This document shows positions 60,877-64,000 of a stretch of DNA of 64,000 nucleotides, piece by piece. The translations under genes and the position numbers were made by a program. A model generated the notes under the pieces. It did no database searches and was not told where the DNA came from. It saw only the letters and a list, made by a program, of their open reading frames with translations. Source of the DNA: Leptospiria bacterium (lineage in GTDB: Bacteria; Spirochaetota; Leptospiria; Turneriellales; CBDBES01); assembly GCA_965261485.1 (NCBI GenBank), contig CBDHCY010000005.1, positions 407,641 to 471,640 on the forward strand, given 5' to 3'. Each line of letters begins with the position of its first letter. The first letter of the stretch is position 1.

Positions 60877-61212
60877 ATGAAGATGTTTGGTAAAAATCGA
60901 GGAAGAATTGGCGAAAAAAAGATGAGCAGTTTAGCTGTTACAAAATCAAAGGTTAGTGTATCAGATAAGGTATTAAAACAAAGTAAAAGTAAAAAAAAAA
61001 ATACTTGGAGTGATCTTGAAAATAAAGAACTAGATAAAAGTTATAATGAGCTTAAAAAAGAATTGCAGGAGCTCCGTTTTCAAAAAGTGACATCACATCT
61101 TGCTAATCCAAGGCGAATTCGGTTTATTAAGAGGTCTATTGCTCGTGTTCTCACCTGCAAAAGGGAGAAAGAACTTAATAAAGTTAAAGCTCTTCCAGTA
61201 AAATCAATATGA
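60877..61212 (+). CDS. rpmC: 50S ribosomal protein L29 with N-terminal extension
   Basis: The L29 core (LENKELDKSYNELKKELQELRFQKVTSHLANPRRIRFIKRSIARVLT) occupies the C-terminal two-thirds. About 45 extra Lys/Ser-rich residues precede it. The ATGA overlap with rpsQ supports the frame. The start (60877, 60883 or 60922) is uncertain. Confidence 0.8.
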   Translation: MKMFGKNRGRIGEKKMSSLAVTKSKVSVSDKVLKQSKSKKKNTWSDLENKELDKSYNELKKELQELRFQKVTSHLANPRRIRFIKRSIARVLTCKREKELNKVKALPVKSI

Positions 61213-61460
61213 AAAATAAAGGAAAATCTTTGCAGGGTATCGTTGTTTCTGACTCAATGGATAAAAGTATTGTTGTTCAGGTTGATTCTCAAAAGCGAGA
61301 TAGACGCTTTAAAAAAACGCAGAAAATACATAAAAAAATAATGGTTCATGATGATCAGAATCAGGCTAAGGTTGGTAATAAAGTTTCTATTCAAGAGGGT
61401 AGGCCTTGGTCAAAAAAGAAAACCTTTTATTTGTTTAATATAGTAGATCCACTTAAGTAA
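61209..61460 (+). CDS. rpsQ: 30S ribosomal protein S17
   Basis: Matches the pattern LQGIVVSDSMDKSIVVQV...HDDQNQAKVGNKVSIQEGRPWSKKK. Synteny supports the call. Confidence 0.93.
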   Translation: MKNKGKSLQGIVVSDSMDKSIVVQVDSQKRDRRFKKTQKIHKKIMVHDDQNQAKVGNKVSIQEGRPWSKKKTFYLFNIVDPLK

Positions 61461-61477
61461 GATAAGGGAATAATAAG

Positions 61478-61870
61478 ATGCTTCAAATGCAATCAATGAT
61501 GGCTGTTGCTGATAATTCAGGTGCTAAAAAAGTTCAGCTTGTTAAAGTTTTGGGTGATTCTCGTAGACGTTATGCTCGAATTGGAGATGTAGTTGTTGTT
61601 GCTGTGAAATTAGCTGTGCCCGCTTATTCTTTGAAAGACTCAATGGATAAGAAAGATCATAAAAAAGCAGTCTCTCGAGCTGTTATTGTTCGCACAAGAA
61701 AAGAAATAAGACGATCAGATGGAAGTTATATTCGATTCAGTGAAAATGCTTGTGCTTTGATTGATAATCAGGGTAATCCTAAGGGGACTCGCATATTTGG
61801 TCCTGTTGGGAGGGAGCTTCGAGAAAAACAATTTATGAAAATTGTTTCCCTTGCTCCTGAGGTTCTATGA
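61478..61870 (+). CDS. rplN: 50S ribosomal protein L14
   Basis: N-terminus [18 protein letters not shown], then [22 protein letters not shown] and [11 protein letters not shown]. Confidence 0.95.
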   Translation: MLQMQSMMAVADNSGAKKVQLVKVLGDSRRRYARIGDVVVVAVKLAVPAYSLKDSMDKKDHKKAVSRAVIVRTRKEIRRSDGSYIRFSENACALIDNQGNPKGTRIFGPVGRELREKQFMKIVSLAPEVL

Positions 61871-61893
61871 GTCTTTGATTTTTATTGGATTAA

Positions 61894-62253
61894 ATGATGA
61901 GTGATTTAAAAAATAGAAAAAAAATAAAACTTAAGATAAAGAGTAAGCTTCGCTTAGGGGATGAGGTTGTTGTGATTTCTGGTAAAGCTAAGGGTTCTCG
62001 AGGTAAAATATTAGCGATGAGCTTACGGTCAGGTAAGGTTATTGTCAAAGGAGTAAATGTGAAGAGTAAATTTACTCGACCTTCTCAAGAGATGCCTAAG
62101 GGTGGTTCGATTCAAGTTGAGTCTCCTATGCAACTTTCGAATATTCAGTATTGGGACATAAAATCTAAAAAACCGACGAGGTTGCGTTATCAGATAAATC
62201 AGGCGAAACAAAAGATAAGAGTAACTGTAAAATCAGGTACTGAAATTATATGA
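61894..62253 (+). CDS. rplX: 50S ribosomal protein L24
   Basis: KOW motif [22 protein letters not shown]. Synteny supports the call. Confidence 0.9.
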   Translation: MMSDLKNRKKIKLKIKSKLRLGDEVVVISGKAKGSRGKILAMSLRSGKVIVKGVNVKSKFTRPSQEMPKGGSIQVESPMQLSNIQYWDIKSKKPTRLRYQINQAKQKIRVTVKSGTEII

Positions 62254-62816
62254 TAGCATCTCCTATGGTAAAGCGTCCTAGACTTCAAGAGTCTTACTAT
62301 TCCGAATTGCGTCCTTTGTTGAAAAAAGATCTTGCTCTATCTTCAATTATGGAAGTTCCATTTATCGATAAAATTGTTTTAAATGTGGGAGCTGGTATTG
62401 CTGTGACAAACTCTAAGGCTGTTGATGGAATCGTTAAAGAGATTTCATTGATTACTGGGCAAGCTTCAGTGAAAACGAAGGCAAAGAAATCAATAGCGGG
62501 TTTTAAGTTGAGAGAAGGAGTTTCTATTGGCGTTATGGTTACTTTAAGGGGAGCTCGAATGTATGAATTTTTAGATCGGCTGATTAATGTTGTCTTGCCT
62601 AGGGTGAGAGATTTTAATGGTCTTAGTTTGAAATCTTTTGATATGGGTGGAAACTATACTATTGGAATTAAAGAGCAGATAATATTTCCAGAGATTGACT
62701 TTGATAAAGTAGATGATGTGAGGGGTATGGATATTACTTTGGTTATTCGATCTAAAAAAACAGAGCATTCAATTTCTCTTTTGAGAAAATTTGGTTTTCC
62801 TCTTCGAAAAAAATAA
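62250..62816 (+). CDS. rplE: 50S ribosomal protein L5
   Basis: Motifs PRLQE.Y....[34 protein letters not shown]...LPR.RDF.G and GMDIT.V. Confidence 0.95.
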   Translation: MIASPMVKRPRLQESYYSELRPLLKKDLALSSIMEVPFIDKIVLNVGAGIAVTNSKAVDGIVKEISLITGQASVKTKAKKSIAGFKLREGVSIGVMVTLRGARMYEFLDRLINVVLPRVRDFNGLSLKSFDMGGNYTIGIKEQIIFPEIDFDKVDDVRGMDITLVIRSKKTEHSISLLRKFGFPLRKK

Positions 62817-62837
62817 GGAATATATTAATTAAACTCT

Positions 62838-63026
62838 ATGGCTAAAAAATCTTGGATTGAAAAACAAAAACTCTCTGGTTCCAAATTTGTCGTTAGAGGA
62901 TATAGTCGTTGTCCTCTCTGTGGGCGGTCTAGGGCATATATGAGAAGATTTTCTATGTGTCGTATTTGTTTTCGAAAGGCTGCTTCAGAAGGTTTGATTC
63001 CTGGTGTTACGAAGTCTTCTTGGTAA
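62838..63026 (+). CDS. rpsN: 30S ribosomal protein S14, short zinc-ribbon (type Z) form
   Basis: 62 aa. CPLCGR...MCRICFR supplies the CxxC...CxxC motif, and the protein ends G..KSSW. Confidence 0.93.
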   Translation: MAKKSWIEKQKLSGSKFVVRGYSRCPLCGRSRAYMRRFSMCRICFRKAASEGLIPGVTKSSW

Positions 63027-63038
63027 GAGGTATTTAAT

Positions 63039-63434
63039 ATGAGTCATTCAGATCCCATTTCAGATATGCTTACGCGAATTAGAAATGCAATTCAGGCTTC
63101 GCATGATTTTGTTTATGTACCTATTAATCGTACTATTCGTTCTATTCTTGATATACTTATAGAAGAAGGATTTATTGATAAAGTGGGTGAAGTAGAGAAT
63201 AGCCGTGATTTACTAGTTTGTGTTAATTTAAAATACTATAAAGGTGAACCTGTTATAAGGGGGTTGCAAAAAATTTCAAAACCTGGAAGGCGTGTTTATG
63301 TAAGAAGAACAAAGATTCGCTCTACTCTAAATCATGTTGGGGTGGGTATTCTTACAACTTCTAAGGGTGTTCTTTCTGATAAAGAGGCTAGGTATCAGAA
63401 AGTTGGGGGAGAATATCTTTGTCAGGTATGGTAG
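63039..63434 (+). CDS. rpsH: 30S ribosomal protein S8
   Basis: N-terminus SDPISDMLTRIRNA, then ISKPGRRVY and GVGILTTSKGV.SD.EAR...VGGE.LC.VW. Confidence 0.95.
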   Translation: MSHSDPISDMLTRIRNAIQASHDFVYVPINRTIRSILDILIEEGFIDKVGEVENSRDLLVCVNLKYYKGEPVIRGLQKISKPGRRVYVRRTKIRSTLNHVGVGILTTSKGVLSDKEARYQKVGGEYLCQVW

Positions 63435-63441
63435 TTGATCT

Positions 63442-63981
63442 ATGTCTAGGATAGGAAATCAGCCAATTATGATACCTGATGGTGTTAGTGTAATTCTTGA
63501 AGATTCTGTTGTTCGTGTAAAAGGTCCTAAGGGAGAATTAGTTACTCAGACTTTTAATGGTATTTTAGTGAGTATAAAAAATCAACAAATAGTTGTTAAG
63601 AGAGAGAGTGATCTTAAATCAATTAAAGCCAAACACGGTCTGGTGCGTGCATTATTGGCCAATTGTATATTGGGTTCTTCTCAGGGGTTTACAAAAACTT
63701 TAATCCTTCAAGGGGTTGGCTATCGGGCGGTAAAAAAGGAGAGTCAACTTGTTTTCTCTTTGGGGTTTTCTCATGATGTCCTTTTTGATGAACCTAAAGA
63801 TGTTAAAATTGATGTGAAAGATGCAACGAAACTTCTCATCTCAGGAATCGATAAACAAAGAGTTGGGCAAGTGGCTGCTCAAATTAGAAGTTTTCGTTTA
63901 CCAGAGCCTTACAAGGGAAAGGGTATTCGCTACGAAGATGAGCATGTTCGGAGAAAAGCTGGTAAAGCTGGTAAGAAATAA
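63442..63981 (+). CDS. rplF: 50S ribosomal protein L6
   Basis: N-terminus MSRIGNQPI.IP.GV, then V.VKGPKGEL and L.L.GVGYRA, ending PEPYKGKGIRY..E.V.RK.GK. Confidence 0.95.
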   Translation: MSRIGNQPIMIPDGVSVILEDSVVRVKGPKGELVTQTFNGILVSIKNQQIVVKRESDLKSIKAKHGLVRALLANCILGSSQGFTKTLILQGVGYRAVKKESQLVFSLGFSHDVLFDEPKDVKIDVKDATKLLISGIDKQRVGQVAAQIRSFRLPEPYKGKGIRYEDEHVRRKAGKAGKK

Positions 63982-64000
63982 ATGAATCCAGCTAAGTTGG
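63982..64000 (+). CDS. rplR: 50S ribosomal protein L18, first codons only (runs off window)
   Basis: An ATG immediately follows the rplF stop (MNPAKL...). The call rests only on the conserved rplF-rplR order. Confidence 0.4.

Overview
AT-rich bacterial chromosomal segment, roughly one-third G+C by eye. It uses the standard code: TGA, TAA and TAG all terminate recognisable genes. Gene content points to a Leptospira-like spirochaete. The evidence is two core flagellin genes (flaB), two adjacent flagellar sheath genes (flaA), a FapA/DUF342 gene, a CHASE2 adenylate cyclase, an RCC1-repeat lipoprotein, and a 23S rRNA gene with no 16S, 5S or tRNA nearby. Most of the window is housekeeping: rpoD-fumC, rpsO-pnp-M16 peptidase, argJ, gcvT, clpP, ispH, prmC, folD, two citrate synthase paralogues, ribD, smpB, xerD, and the rpmC-to-rplF part of the ribosomal protein cluster. 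I saw no mobile elements, CRISPR arrays, tRNAs or recognisable defence or toxin modules, and no convincing new multi-gene system. Six things stand out. (1) An 840-aa secreted or lipoprotein made of four PEBP/YbhB-like domains heads a MoxR-DUF58 string; three of its domains are encoded by a 603-bp tandem repeat, and two of those copies are identical base for base. (2) A 2,040-aa predicted outer-membrane protein has N-terminal motifs that recall the Bacteroidetes T9SS translocon SprA. (3) A eukaryote-type (DEGS-like) sphingolipid desaturase fragment lies next to a citrate synthase paralogue that is translationally coupled to a hotdog thioesterase. (4) There is a GmhB-HldC (heptose phosphatase-adenylyltransferase) fusion. 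(5) The ribosomal protein cluster starts abruptly at an N-terminally extended rpmC behind its own promoter-like element, and is preceded by a frameshifted lipoprotein gene. (6) Several GC-elevated intergenic stretches may be structured RNAs or leaders. All functional calls come from motif recognition by eye; no searches were run.
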